Below the pieces are notes generated by a model. That model made no database searches and was not told where the DNA came from. It worked only from the letters and a program-made list of their open reading frames with translations. The position numbers and the translations under genes were made by a program. 64,000 nucleotides of DNA from a virus. Its lineage: Duplodnaviria > Caudoviricetes. This document shows, piece after piece, positions 28,114-37,859 of the stretch. The stretch lies in IMG/VR virus record IMGVR_UViG_2906976556_000001, positions 8,557 through 72,556 of that record; one strand, given 5' to 3'. Positions within the stretch are counted from its first letter, which is position 1, and each line of letters opens with the position of its first letter.

Positions 28114-30148
28114 CGACGTACCTGTCGTTCCACAAGCCGTCCCGCAACCACGAGCCCTGGCCGTACACAAGACGATTCCCGAAGAACCGCTCAGCCTGAG
28201 CTGGGTCGGTCTCGCCGATCTCCAGCGCTTCCGCCTCGATCGAGTCGAGGTTCACCCACGGCGAACCCTCGTACACGTACTTCAGGATCTTCCGACGCTC
28301 ACGCTTGTTGCCCCACGAAAGGCCAACCGGCGGAATGCGGTAGAACTTGAACACGTCAGTCACCCGCGACTCGTAGGTCTGCTGAGCGGTCGAGTTCTCG
28401 GCCGGATCCCACGCATTCGTGGTCTCCATCGTCCGACCGTTCATGCCGGCTGCGCCGCGACGCTGATCCTGAGCGACCTTCAGCATCTTGTTCGACCGCG
28501 TGTACAAGCCGGACTCGTCGTGCAGCACCCAGGACACCGGGTTACCGACACGACCATTCGCCGACGACGTCACTGCGTCGATCCGGTCGAAATCCTCACC
28601 CGGACTTTCGCCTGCGATTCGAACGAAACCCTCGCGCACGAACAGCAACTCGGACAGGGGCCCAAGACGGATCATCGCCGTCAGCGGCCGATAGACGTTG
28701 TCGACCTGGTCCTCGTTCGTCGCAGTCAGCTGAATGACTGGCGACGGATGCCGCATCCCCATCGGCTCCCCCGGCTCATACGGAAACTCCCAGCCGCACG
28801 AGCACCCGTAGTCAGAGCACGCATACCCGTCATCGCGACCAGCCCATCCGAGGAACTGACTCGGGCCGACAGCCTCGAACGTCGCCATCGATGCCGACCA
28901 CGGTCCCTTGCCTGTGTTGCAGGTCGGAATCATCTCCCGGCCGGCGAGGAACACGTGCGAGTCTGCAGCGACAGTCAGGCATTGCGTGGGGACAGTTTCG
29001 ACGCGCTCCACACTGACAATCCGACGGTGACCGAACTGGGCGTGACCGCGGCCAGGGGAACGTAGGCGTTCCTGCTTCCGATCCAAGCCGAACACCGGCA
29101 TATCGCTGCGAGCAGAGAAAGCTATGCGCCACTTTGGGCCAGTCACACGGCCTTTCAACGTCGCGTGACCCGAGTAGCACTTCGGCCGGATACCAAGCGA
29201 CGCGAGGAGCTCAAGCATCCCGTCGCGGAGGGCTGAAAGTGTGGTCGTGAACTCGCACTTGCCCTGACGCTCGTCGCAGTGCCCGTCCGTGTCCATCAAG
29301 CCCTGCAGCAACGACCAACGTTGCTTCTCCGATGACCGCAAGTACTCAGCCGGAATGTGCTTGTTATTCAACACGCCCAGCCGTCGAAGTGTCGCCTTCA
29401 ACCCGACGACGCCAACCCGCTTCTCGACCTTGTGGCGCCGAACTTCGTGACCCGCGAGCTCAATGTTCTCCCAGATCTGGACGTCCAGTCCAGTGAGTCG
29501 ACCATCATCGGAATTACCGTCACCCAGCCATGCACCCAGCGTGTATGGGTCAAGCAGCAACTCGGCGTCGGGCAACTGCAGCGGCTTCGCATTCGGGACA
29601 CGGAACACCCGCGCACCATCGCGAACCAAGTTCCCCACGAGATCCTCGGTCCGCACCCGCATCGGCACGTACTTGGACGACGGATTCCGCCACTCGACCC
29701 ACCACTGATGGTCCTTGCACGCCGTCAACGACGAACCGTCCGAAAACGCCACCCGGTATGTATCCGAATGCCAGACAGGAGACTTCGACACGACACGGGT
29801 GGGGTCACCCTGCTCGTCGAACACGAAATCTCCGACTTGCAGAGCCGCCATCGTCGACCAACCGTCAGGAGTAGCGATCGGCGTATCCAGCGCCAACGCC
29901 TTCTGCGGCGCGACGATCTGAGCTCGGCGATAGGTGAACGCCTGGTTGAACAACGGCTGCCCGTCGATCCACTCCACGCCCGGTCGGATCCGGTAGTAGT
30001 TGGCGGAGCACCAGAACTGCCAATCCGACCACACGAACTCGGCGCCACGGTTGTAGCCGTCCGGGATCCGGCAGTGCTGCCGAGTCCACGCTTCCCCAAG
30101 ATCACCAAGAGTGGGGAAGTCGACCAGGAAGCCGTCAGTTGCCTCCAC
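28097..30148 (-). CDS. terL: Terminase large subunit, ATPase domain, intein-containing
   Basis: Walker A APQK|TGKG interrupted by an intein; Walker B VLHDESG; TTNAW coupling motif. Confidence 0.9.
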   Translation of the reverse strand: MEATDGFLVDFPTLGDLGEAWTRQHCRIPDGYNRGAEFVWSDWQFWCSANYYRIRPGVEWIDGQPLFNQAFTYRRAQIVAPQKALALDTPIATPDGWSTMAALQVGDFVFDEQGDPTRVVSKSPVWHSDTYRVAFSDGSSLTACKDHQWWVEWRNPSSKYVPMRVRTEDLVGNLVRDGARVFRVPNAKPLQLPDAELLLDPYTLGAWLGDGNSDDGRLTGLDVQIWENIELAGHEVRRHKVEKRVGVVGLKATLRRLGVLNNKHIPAEYLRSSEKQRWSLLQGLMDTDGHCDERQGKCEFTTTLSALRDGMLELLASLGIRPKCYSGHATLKGRVTGPKWRIAFSARSDMPVFGLDRKQERLRSPGRGHAQFGHRRIVSVERVETVPTQCLTVAADSHVFLAGREMIPTCNTGKGPWSASMATFEAVGPSQFLGWAGRDDGYACSDYGCSCGWEFPYEPGEPMGMRHPSPVIQLTATNEDQVDNVYRPLTAMIRLGPLSELLFVREGFVRIAGESPGEDFDRIDAVTSSANGRVGNPVSWVLHDESGLYTRSNKMLKVAQDQRRGAAGMNGRTMETTNAWDPAENSTAQQTYESRVTDVFKFYRIPPVGLSWGNKRERRKILKYVYEGSPWVNLDSIEAEALEIGETDPAQAERFFGNRLVYGQGSWLRDGLWNDRYVDAVAS
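28916..29899 (-). mobile_element. Class 3-type intein with LAGLIDADG homing endonuclease (328 aa)
   Basis: Starts ALALDTPI; block B DHQW; LGAWLGDG and LQGLMDTDG; block F TQCLTV; ends IPTCN followed by Thr. Confidence 0.9.
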
Positions 30149-30617
30149 CGGCGACCGCCCTCAAACGGCGAGCTGGACGAGGCTTCGCCTCCGACTTCGC
30201 AGCCGTTGCTCGCTTCGATTCACGGGCCGCGCCGACTTCATCCGCGACGATCTGCCAGCCGTTCTCTTTCAGTCCTGCGGGACTGAGTCCGATCTGATCG
30301 GCAAGCCGCTGTGCCTGGACAGCGTCGGCGGCCGGCGAATCGGGATTCTCGGCGCGCACTGTCCAACGGACCCAGAGCCCGACCGAACGGTGACGCCACT
30401 TCTGGCCGACCCACTGCGTCGCCTGCGGAGTTCGCCACGCCTCTTTCCACACATCCCGTTCCCGTGCAGTCGCACGAGACAACGGCCAAGCCGGAACCCG
30501 ACCAGTGAATCCCTCCGCCGGAAGGTCCACCAGCGAGATCCCCCTTCGGTCGGACCGAGCAGAGTTCGGATCTTTCTGCGGCCCGGATCTGTTCCGAGCA
30601 CCGCCATGACCGGCCAT
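30135..30617 (-). CDS. terS: Terminase small subunit
   Basis: MAGHGGARNRSGP, WRTPQA, IGLSPAGL; GAGGAG RBS. Confidence 0.85.
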   Translation of the reverse strand: MAGHGGARNRSGPQKDPNSARSDRRGISLVDLPAEGFTGRVPAWPLSRATARERDVWKEAWRTPQATQWVGQKWRHRSVGLWVRWTVRAENPDSPAADAVQAQRLADQIGLSPAGLKENGWQIVADEVGAARESKRATAAKSEAKPRPARRLRAVAGGGN

Positions 30618-30799
30618 GTGATTTCTCCTCCGTGGCATCGCGCCACAAACGGAAGCCCGTCGGCATCGCGCCGACCGGATGGAACGAATCTGCGTGCCGG
30701 CCGAGCGCGCAAAGGCGCTGGGGCACAGCCGAGGAAGCTACAACCAAAGTGCTGGACATCGAAGGCGGTCCGGAATTCTTGAACCCTCCGCGCCATCGG

Positions 30800-30930
30800 C
30801 TGACCTCCCCCGCGGCGAAACGCGGGTGGGGGGTCTGGGGGTCACCCCCCGCCCCGGTGTTTCCGCTGGTCAGAGGCTTGCCGGATTGTCGTTACCGATG
30901 CGAACGAGTTTACGTTTCCGCTGGTCAGAG
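30800..30930. other. Probable cos/packaging region, with 17-bp direct repeat GTTTCCGCTGGTCAGAG at 30859 and 30914
   Basis: Non-coding gap between HNH and terS; G/C runs around GGGGGTCACCCCC; exact repeat. Confidence 0.55.
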
Positions 30931-30936
30931 CTGGTG

Positions 30937-31290
30937 TCAGAATCGGGCGGCCTGGCGGGAGTTGCAGGATCGGCAGGTGACGGAGAGCGGTCCGCGTGGG
31001 TCGCCGCCGAGGGCGATAGGGGTCACGTGGTTGGCGGTGAGGCCGCCGTCCCGCTCTGTGAGGTAGTGGGCGGGGCGTCCGATTCCGGGGCACCATTCGC
31101 CGTTGATCGCTCGGTGGGCGTCGACGGCTGCCTTGCGGCGTGCCTGCTCTTCACCGTCGCGTGTGGCCTTCGTGGGGACTGTCGCTCGTTGATGTCGTTC
31201 TCGGTCCTTTGCATGCTCCCGGCACAGGGGGCCGGCCTGCATGCGTGGGCATCCGGCGATGCGGCACACCTTCAGCGTGGCGCGTGACAC
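30937..31290 (-). CDS. HNH endonuclease (packaging-associated)
   Basis: CRIAGC...C..H and NHVTP...CRSCN; immediately before cos/terS. Confidence 0.8.
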   Translation of the reverse strand: MSRATLKVCRIAGCPRMQAGPLCREHAKDRERHQRATVPTKATRDGEEQARRKAAVDAHRAINGEWCPGIGRPAHYLTERDGGLTANHVTPIALGGDPRGPLSVTCRSCNSRQAARF

Positions 31291-31454
31291 TACTCGTGGA
31301 GCTCTCTGCCGTCGAGGCTGTGGTGAGTGACCAGCCAGCCCATGCTGCCGTCGTCGCGTGGTACAGGCTCGGTGGTTGGGCCGCACGGGCAGTCGCCGTC
31401 GAGGTGTTCGATGAGGTCGTCGACTGGCACGACGTGGATGTCGCCGGTGGCCAT
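31290..31454 (-). CDS. Small hypothetical protein (CPCGP)
   Basis: MATGDIHVVPVDDLIEH...HHSLDGRE, 54 aa, coupled on both sides; below the ORF-track cutoff. Confidence 0.55.
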   Translation of the reverse strand: MATGDIHVVPVDDLIEHLDGDCPCGPTTEPVPRDDGSMGWLVTHHSLDGRELHE

Positions 31455-31735
31455 CAGTCTTCGCCGAACAGGACTGCGCTCGCGATGCCGTCCTCACGGA
31501 TAGAGGCGACATTGAGAATGCCTTGGCTGTCTCCGATGTCCATGCTGCTTCGCTTGAAGAACGACCATGCCACCAGGTCGTCATCTCCGTCGAAGTAGCT
31601 GGCCTTCGAGACGAGGTACCAGGCGGTGATGATCTTGCCGCTGTCCGGATCGTCCTCGCCGTACGCGACACGGGCTTGTTCGATCGCGGCTTCGATGGCG
31701 TCGTCGGCTGCGATCTGTTCGGGTGTGCGTGACAC
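31454..31735 (-). CDS. Hypothetical protein
   Basis: GGAG RBS; TGATG coupling. Confidence 0.55.
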   Translation of the reverse strand: MSRTPEQIAADDAIEAAIEQARVAYGEDDPDSGKIITAWYLVSKASYFDGDDDLVAWSFFKRSSMDIGDSQGILNVASIREDGIASAVLFGED

Positions 31736-32178
31736 TGACTGGCTCCGTTCGGTGTTCGCTTACCCGCCGGTGAGGGATGGTGACTTCATGCTGGTCAGAA
31801 GCGTGAGTCGTGTGGGTATCGGGCGAGGAGATTGTCGAGCCGCTCAGTCTGAACCAGCTCGGCGTCGAGGTCGCCGCGCTCCCTAGCTCCGAGGACGAGG
31901 AGGTAGGCGTCGGTGATCTGCTGCTCGAGTGACGGCATCAGCAGCCATCCTGCTCAGGATGCTGCGGCCCGTAGTTGCAGACGAAGCGGTTACCGCCAGC
32001 AGTGACTGTGATGCGATGCTGGCCATGATGATCCGACTCAGACACTGTGTACGACTGCGGTGCAAGGCGATACGCGATCGCATGCAACAGGTTCGCGATA
32101 CGCGTCATGACCGTGCCCGTCGAACAGCCCAACGGATGACTGACGCCACGATCTCGGACCACCAGTCGGCGAGCATGG

Positions 32179-33125
32179 TCAGCGCCGCAGATTCTCGATC
32201 ATCGAGCGGATGTGCGCGATGGAGATCTCCGTCGCGCCGGACATCTCAAAGGCCCTCAGATACTGGTCAATCAATACGTACGGGATAACCGTGTCATCGG
32301 CTAGGAGCGCGCGAGCCTCAGCGAGCATCGCTACATCCTGCGTCCGGTGTAGGTCAGGCTCTGCTGGATTCCCTTTGAGATTGCCTCGTTCACGCCCGGC
32401 GCACTGTGAACGTTGCACTTCATCACCACAGGCTTGATCGGGGACAGGTGGTTCGCGGTCACACGCAGAACCTCAGCCAACCAACTACGCATGACTCGCC
32501 ACCCACTCCGTTGCAACCCGTCCCGCATAATCCAGGACTAGAAGTTTCTCGCTGGTTTCTGCCTGGACGATGCTTGCGGTGTGTACGAACCCACCGACCC
32601 GAGCTGCCGAGCGGTCATACGTGACGTAGACGCCGCGATCGGAGAACGCTTCATTAGCGATAGCGCGAGCCGAAGGATCGGCAAGCGGGATGGTGCACCG
32701 AGTGTCCGTGCATTTCCATCCATCCGCCGCCGAGCCGAGGAGTTTCCATTCCTCGCCCCAGATATTCACCGCAGTCATGCCGACACCTTCCCCGCACGTG
32801 CAGCCTGCTGAAAGGCCAATCGCGCGTCGCTGACGACATCGTCGTTGAATGCTGCCGGGTTCATACCCAGCGCCTCGCAGAGTTTGCCGAATGCATTGTC
32901 GAATAGCGAACCGGCCTCCACTGCCGGGACGAGATCGCCGACAGCGTTTCGGACTGTTTGCCCATCTTCCTTTACGCACGCCCAAGTTCCAGCGGCGTGT
33001 GTACCGACATTGCCTTTACCTGCGATCAGGTGCAATCCACCGCGTTCATCGACATGCCATTTCGTGGCTGTCGGATATTCGACCGTCGAGCGGTGGTCGT
33101 CGGTGCGCATGCGGACAGTGATCAT
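32179..33125 (-). other. Run of small hypothetical genes downstream of the putative late promoter
   Basis: Closely packed short minus-strand ORFs (e.g. MITVRMRT..., MTAVNIWG...). Confidence 0.5.
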
Positions 33126-33307
33126 GATGATCTTTCTGGTGATGGTGGTGGTACTGCTCAACCCGGCATTGGCGGGAAGTGAGTTGGCTCCCTGCTCCGT
33201 GATCGCACGGACACCCGGGGGAGGATGCTGGGGAAGTCAGGGAGCCAAGACTGGGATACAAGAATGTCGGTGCAACTGGATTTGGACACAGTTCACCGAC
33301 AGGGATC

Positions 33308-33358
33308 AGCGTAGCATTTGATGTCGCGAACGCGACATGACACGCGACATCGCGACAT
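33308..33358 (-). promoter_or_regulatory. Putative late promoter with repeated ATGTCGCG boxes
   Basis: Three direct and one inverted copy of CGCGACAT, then extended -10 TGcTACGCT. Confidence 0.55.
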
Positions 33359-33966
33359 CATGCAACTTTCGCGCAGCCAATCGCCGCCGCCAGCAACTCA
33401 AACGACGTCGGCGGCCAAACCGTCCCACACGAGAGGCAGCGAGCTTCCTGGGCCGTCACCAACAGCGCTGGCTGCTTCACGTTCTCGTCGAGGTCATCCC
33501 GACGCCACACCGTCTTCGCCTCGCACTGTGGGCAGGCGCCAGTCACCTCCACCTCGGAGACGCCGTCGAGCAGGTTATTGATTGTCTTCACCCAGCCGCG
33601 AATGGTCAGCGCCCACTTCTGTAGCTCGGACGAGTCCTGCGGCCTCCAACCCATATGGGGAAGATCTGCAAGGAGAGAAAGGGTATGGCCTCGGTGAGGC
33701 GCCGCCCACTCCGCTACGGTTCGCTCGATACGCTCCACCAGATCGAGACCGGCAATCCACACCGAAGGCCGGGATCGGAACGCTGACTTGCCTTCGCCTG
33801 ACTGTTGTCCGTGCAGAGCAGTCTTCAGTTGCACGTACAGGTTCGGCGCCGTGTACACCTGCCCGTCAGCATCTCGCATCGTTTGGACCTTGATGAGGTC
33901 ATGGATGGCGTCGTCGAGTGCCGTGATGGCGGCTGGCAGGTATTCAGCATCGGTAGTAACGCTCAT
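33358..33966 (-). CDS. Zn-ribbon protein, candidate late-gene regulator
   Basis: CPQC...CLSC at the C-terminus; position at the end of the early region. Confidence 0.55.
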   Translation of the reverse strand: MSVTTDAEYLPAAITALDDAIHDLIKVQTMRDADGQVYTAPNLYVQLKTALHGQQSGEGKSAFRSRPSVWIAGLDLVERIERTVAEWAAPHRGHTLSLLADLPHMGWRPQDSSELQKWALTIRGWVKTINNLLDGVSEVEVTGACPQCEAKTVWRRDDLDENVKQPALLVTAQEARCLSCGTVWPPTSFELLAAAIGCAKVA

Positions 33967-34082
33967 ATTCTCGACTTCCATTGTGGGACAACGGTATACG
34001 GAATCAATTGTACCGGACATGCACCAAAAACTCGAGCTGTCAACACCCCTGGAAAGATAACGATTTACAGCAGGTCAACCCG

Positions 34083-34451
34083 TCAGTCCCTCTCCCACCC
34101 GAAAGCATCCGCAGGCAACCCGTCCGTCTCCACCGGCGACACGAACACCTCAGTACGGGTAACAGTCACCGTCTTCCGCACCCCACGAATCTCCGGAAAC
34201 GTGTACTTCTCCCAACCGGAATCAGGATTCAACGCCTTGAGGTCGGCCACAGCCTGCTTCAAATCACGGTTACCACGCAGATGACTTTCGATGGCGGCCT
34301 CACGCGTCGGTCCCGACGCATAGCGATCACTGTCATCGGTGACTGTCGCCCACTCCACCCGCGTCTGCGTGAACTCGTGAGTCGATCCCGACAGGATCGC
34401 GGGGATGAGGTCATCAGACGCCTTCGGGCCTTTCACGCGCCCATCTTTCAC
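34083..34451 (-). CDS. Hypothetical protein
   Basis: GTGA overlap with upstream stop. Confidence 0.5.
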   Translation of the reverse strand: MKDGRVKGPKASDDLIPAILSGSTHEFTQTRVEWATVTDDSDRYASGPTREAAIESHLRGNRDLKQAVADLKALNPDSGWEKYTFPEIRGVRKTVTVTRTEVFVSPVETDGLPADAFGWERD

Positions 34452-34873
34452 TGTTCCCCCTCCACTTCCGCCCATGTGCCGCACGATGGTTTCCGCTTGG
34501 TAAGTACCTCGACCGCAATCGGGCGACCTTGTCTGTCGCAGTGACGTTTCATCGCGAATCCGTGCTTGTCCGTGTAAAGCCGAATCCGCTCGGAGTACGC
34601 GATACTGCCGATGACGACTTCCGGCGGACTCTGCAGGGTGAACGATTCGATTCGGGCCGAATGAATGTCTTCGCATCGAAACCACACCGGCTCCGCGAGG
34701 ACGTCGTCTAGAAGTTCTCCGTCACCAAAGTACTGCTTTGGGGCGAGAGACCGTTCCGCCGCGATAGCTTGGACCGCCGAGTTCTGTTCGAGCACAGCCG
34801 CTATCCGCCGCAACGTCGCAACCTCCTCACGCTGCAACGCCAACCTCTCCTCGCGGTACTCCGACTTCCTCAC
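34448..34873 (-). CDS. Hypothetical protein
   Basis: Coupled ORF, C..H...HC..C pattern. Confidence 0.5.
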   Translation of the reverse strand: MRKSEYREERLALQREEVATLRRIAAVLEQNSAVQAIAAERSLAPKQYFGDGELLDDVLAEPVWFRCEDIHSARIESFTLQSPPEVVIGSIAYSERIRLYTDKHGFAMKRHCDRQGRPIAVEVLTKRKPSCGTWAEVEGEQ

Positions 34874-35131
34874 GACTCACCCAGCCAATACATGACAGCC
34901 AGGAACGCGAGCACGAGTCCGAAGCTGACGACCAAAGCCCATTCACTCACTGGCAGATCGCTTTCTGTGTCGTCGGCCATTCGAACGGAAGCCGTGGCGG
35001 CCACAGCCTCACCGTCACGACGAGCGGCGGATTTGCGTCCTGGAGGATCCGCGACATCTGGTCGCCCCAACGCTTCTGACGACACTGCGGGCAGTAGCAG
35101 AGCATCCAGTCCGCTGCATACGAGTTGTCCA

Positions 35132-36031
35132 TCAGAAGTCTCCTGGCGCGACCTGGAAGCAGGGCAGGCCAATCTCCCGCCACATTTGCACGACCTGCGT
35201 TCGATCATCGAATACGGCCTGCACGTTGTACCGGTGGCGCACATGCTTGTCGAACAGTTCAGCCTTCACGACGGCGTCCTTGCGTCCGTCACCGTTCTGG
35301 CGCATCAGCAGCTCGTCGAAGCGGACGTCGAAGCGATGAAGCCACGCCGCCGTGTCTGCTAGGCAGGAATCTTCGCGGCCGGACATCACGATGATCTTGC
35401 CGTCGAGCCGATCGATAACCTCTGCGACGTGAACCACCAGCGTGTCCTCGGAGACGCGCGTGTAGTCGTACGGTCCACGGTCGCCCATCGAAGCGAGGGT
35501 GCCGTCGACATCGACGATGTAGGCGCGCGGCGAAGACAGGTCCGGCACATACGGTGCTGGCTTCACCGCGACGTCAGGCCGCACCTCGATCGGCTGCCAC
35601 GACTTGATCGGGAACCGTGCCGCCATATCGCGGATCGCCGTCTCGCCGACGAACCGGCCACCCTCGACTGCACGGTGCTTGTCGCGGCGTAGGCATTCCT
35701 CCAACGGCGTCGGGACATCCTGCGTCACGAAGTCGGCGCCCACCTGTTTCGCCAGAGACGCGATCTCGCGGGCGTACTTCATCCGCAGATTCGTATCATC
35801 GAACACCACCGAGACGCCATTCTCGAGCAGATGTTTCGCCGCGGTGTGCTGGGCGATCGTGACGGCCCGCTCTTGTAGATAGGTGCCAACACCATCGACA
35901 GCGAACAGGGACGCACGGAGATCGTCTCGGTTCAGCCGGGCACGCCTCTCCGGGTCCTCGGCGACCCAGGTGCGAGCCCACGTCGTCTTACCGGATCCTG
36001 GGTAGCCGCGCGTCGCGACGACGACGGTCAT
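35132..36031 (-). CDS. pnk: Polynucleotide 5'-kinase/3'-phosphatase (T4 PseT-like)
   Basis: GYPGSGKT Walker A, NRDDLR; HAD DVDGT, SGR, FDDR, QVAPGDF. Confidence 0.95.
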   Translation of the reverse strand: MTVVVATRGYPGSGKTTWARTWVAEDPERRARLNRDDLRASLFAVDGVGTYLQERAVTIAQHTAAKHLLENGVSVVFDDTNLRMKYAREIASLAKQVGADFVTQDVPTPLEECLRRDKHRAVEGGRFVGETAIRDMAARFPIKSWQPIEVRPDVAVKPAPYVPDLSSPRAYIVDVDGTLASMGDRGPYDYTRVSEDTLVVHVAEVIDRLDGKIIVMSGREDSCLADTAAWLHRFDVRFDELLMRQNGDGRKDAVVKAELFDKHVRHRYNVQAVFDDRTQVVQMWREIGLPCFQVAPGDF

Positions 36032-37116
36032 GCGACTGCCTCCGAATGGTCGAGCATGAACGTGTCACCGCGGGGTTTCAGGGTCTTCCAGATGGCGGTG
36101 TTCATGCGGTCCTGCTGGCCGTCGAGGAGGCAGAACAGTAGCGGCGTGTTGTCGTGACGTTTCGCGATCTCGGCGAATTCTCGGCGGTCACCAGATGGCG
36201 CGATTTCGCGGATCGAATCGAATGCGGCGCGCGCAGTGTCCGCTATGGCCCGGTGCTGCTTCTGCAGCGTGAGCCAAGTCTTGGTGAGCCAGTCGTGGAA
36301 TTCGTCGGGCAGGTCGAGAACGAGATCCTCGAACGGCTTCCCGGCGGCGGCATGCTCCCACACCGTCTTCTCGGACATGCCCGTCACGATCTTGTGGAGC
36401 TGCACGTACCGTTCCAGCTTCAGCTTGACCATGGTGCCGTCTTGGAAGTGGACGACGAAGCCCTCGGCGTTGTCTCGGACTGGCGCTCGAAGTGCCTCCC
36501 CGAGAGTGGCGTACGGGAACCGTTCCGCTTTCCGGCCAGGCCACTCGTAGCCGGCATGCGGGGACCCGACGTGCCCGGTCTCGTTGTCCACCACCGCGAG
36601 CAGGACGAGTCCCTCGAAGTCGTAGTCGACGACGATTCGGTTCGCCCTGTAGATGATCTCGAACAGGTACGTGAACCCCGGCTCCGGGCTCCACACATCG
36701 AAGTAGAGGTCCGTGAAGTGTTGGGTCGCCCACTTCGCTTGATCTGATTCGAACGAGCCGCGGGTCGCGATCGCATACCCGCCCTGGCCTGTCGGGTACA
36801 GGATGCCGAGTGAGCCGTCGAGTTTGTCAGTCACTTCCACCGGTGCCGACAGGTCGAGCTGCGGCAGCCGGTCGCCGTCGTGCTCGGCGTCGTTAAAGAA
36901 CTTCGGGAACGGCCGGGCGATAACTTCACCGGTGTCGTCGACGATGAGTCCGCGGCACTGCAGAGTGACGTCGTCCCACGTGCGCGAGTAGGCGGCGAGC
37001 TCCGAGTAGTTGTAGATCCGGTACGGCAACGTCGGATGCGCGCGGACTTTGACCATGCCCTCATCGATCCGGGCCTGCAGCGCAACCGGACTCATAAGCT
37101 GGTCGATGTTCACCAT
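36028..37116 (-). CDS. rnlA: RNA ligase, T4 Rnl1 (RnlA)-like
   Basis: QCRGLI, RPFPKFFN, motif I KLDGSLG, ATRGSF, FEII, EGFV, VKLK. Confidence 0.93.
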   Translation of the reverse strand: MVNIDQLMSPVALQARIDEGMVKVRAHPTLPYRIYNYSELAAYSRTWDDVTLQCRGLIVDDTGEVIARPFPKFFNDAEHDGDRLPQLDLSAPVEVTDKLDGSLGILYPTGQGGYAIATRGSFESDQAKWATQHFTDLYFDVWSPEPGFTYLFEIIYRANRIVVDYDFEGLVLLAVVDNETGHVGSPHAGYEWPGRKAERFPYATLGEALRAPVRDNAEGFVVHFQDGTMVKLKLERYVQLHKIVTGMSEKTVWEHAAAGKPFEDLVLDLPDEFHDWLTKTWLTLQKQHRAIADTARAAFDSIREIAPSGDRREFAEIAKRHDNTPLLFCLLDGQQDRMNTAIWKTLKPRGDTFMLDHSEAVA

Positions 37117-37859
37117 GCGATCTCCCCGAGGTAGTGGCGGCGGACGCGCTGCAGGAAGTCCTCGACCGGCGCCTCGTCCGGCTGGTCGGGCAGCGGGGAC
37201 GTGGCAGCGTTGAACTTGATCTGGTATTCGGTGATGAGGGTGCGGGCGGCGAGCGCTTCGGGATCGTTGACTATCGACCGACCGAAGTCGAAGAAGGGCT
37301 GCGGATCCGGCACCTTGATCGGCAGCACGCCGGTCGTGTACAGCTCGTAGCCCTGCCACAGCAGCCTCATCGTGTGCCGAGCGTGCTTCTCGCGGCGGGT
37401 CTCGAGCGACCCTTGGAAGCGTCCACGGTGCACGAGACGGTGGAACTGGCTGGTGGCGTAACCGAAGAACGCGTCGCGGACTCGTTTCCTCGTGAGGAAG
37501 TTCGATCGCAGCGAGATCAGTTCCTCACCGAACTGGTTCTGTCGGAGGTAGTGGGGGAGCCACAGGATCTCGGACGCGGTCGGGTTGCACGACAACATGA
37601 GGCCGAGCGCCTTGCCGAGTTCGTGGAACGTGGTGTCCGGGTCCTTCCGCTTCCACGTCGCCCGTTCACGCTGCGGCGGATGCAGTCCCAGCAGCACTTC
37701 GGTCGGTTCGACGTAGATGCCGGAGTAGTCGATGTCTGAAGTTGGCGTGTTCAGCCCGTAGGCGACCGACCCGACGACGCCTTCCAGAAGGATGTGCGAG
37801 GTGCGGGTTTCGGGGTTGAACTTCGGGTGTGGTCGAACGAGTTTCGCGGTGTCGCTCAT
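37110..37859 (-). CDS. DNA polymerase beta-superfamily nucleotidyltransferase (RlaP/YcgL-like)
   Basis: GSVAYGLNTPTSDIDYSG (GS...DxD), CNPT..EIL, KHARHTMRL. Confidence 0.88.
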   Translation of the reverse strand: MSDTAKLVRPHPKFNPETRTSHILLEGVVGSVAYGLNTPTSDIDYSGIYVEPTEVLLGLHPPQRERATWKRKDPDTTFHELGKALGLMLSCNPTASEILWLPHYLRQNQFGEELISLRSNFLTRKRVRDAFFGYATSQFHRLVHRGRFQGSLETRREKHARHTMRLLWQGYELYTTGVLPIKVPDPQPFFDFGRSIVNDPEALAARTLITEYQIKFNAATSPLPDQPDEAPVEDFLQRVRRHYLGEIAW

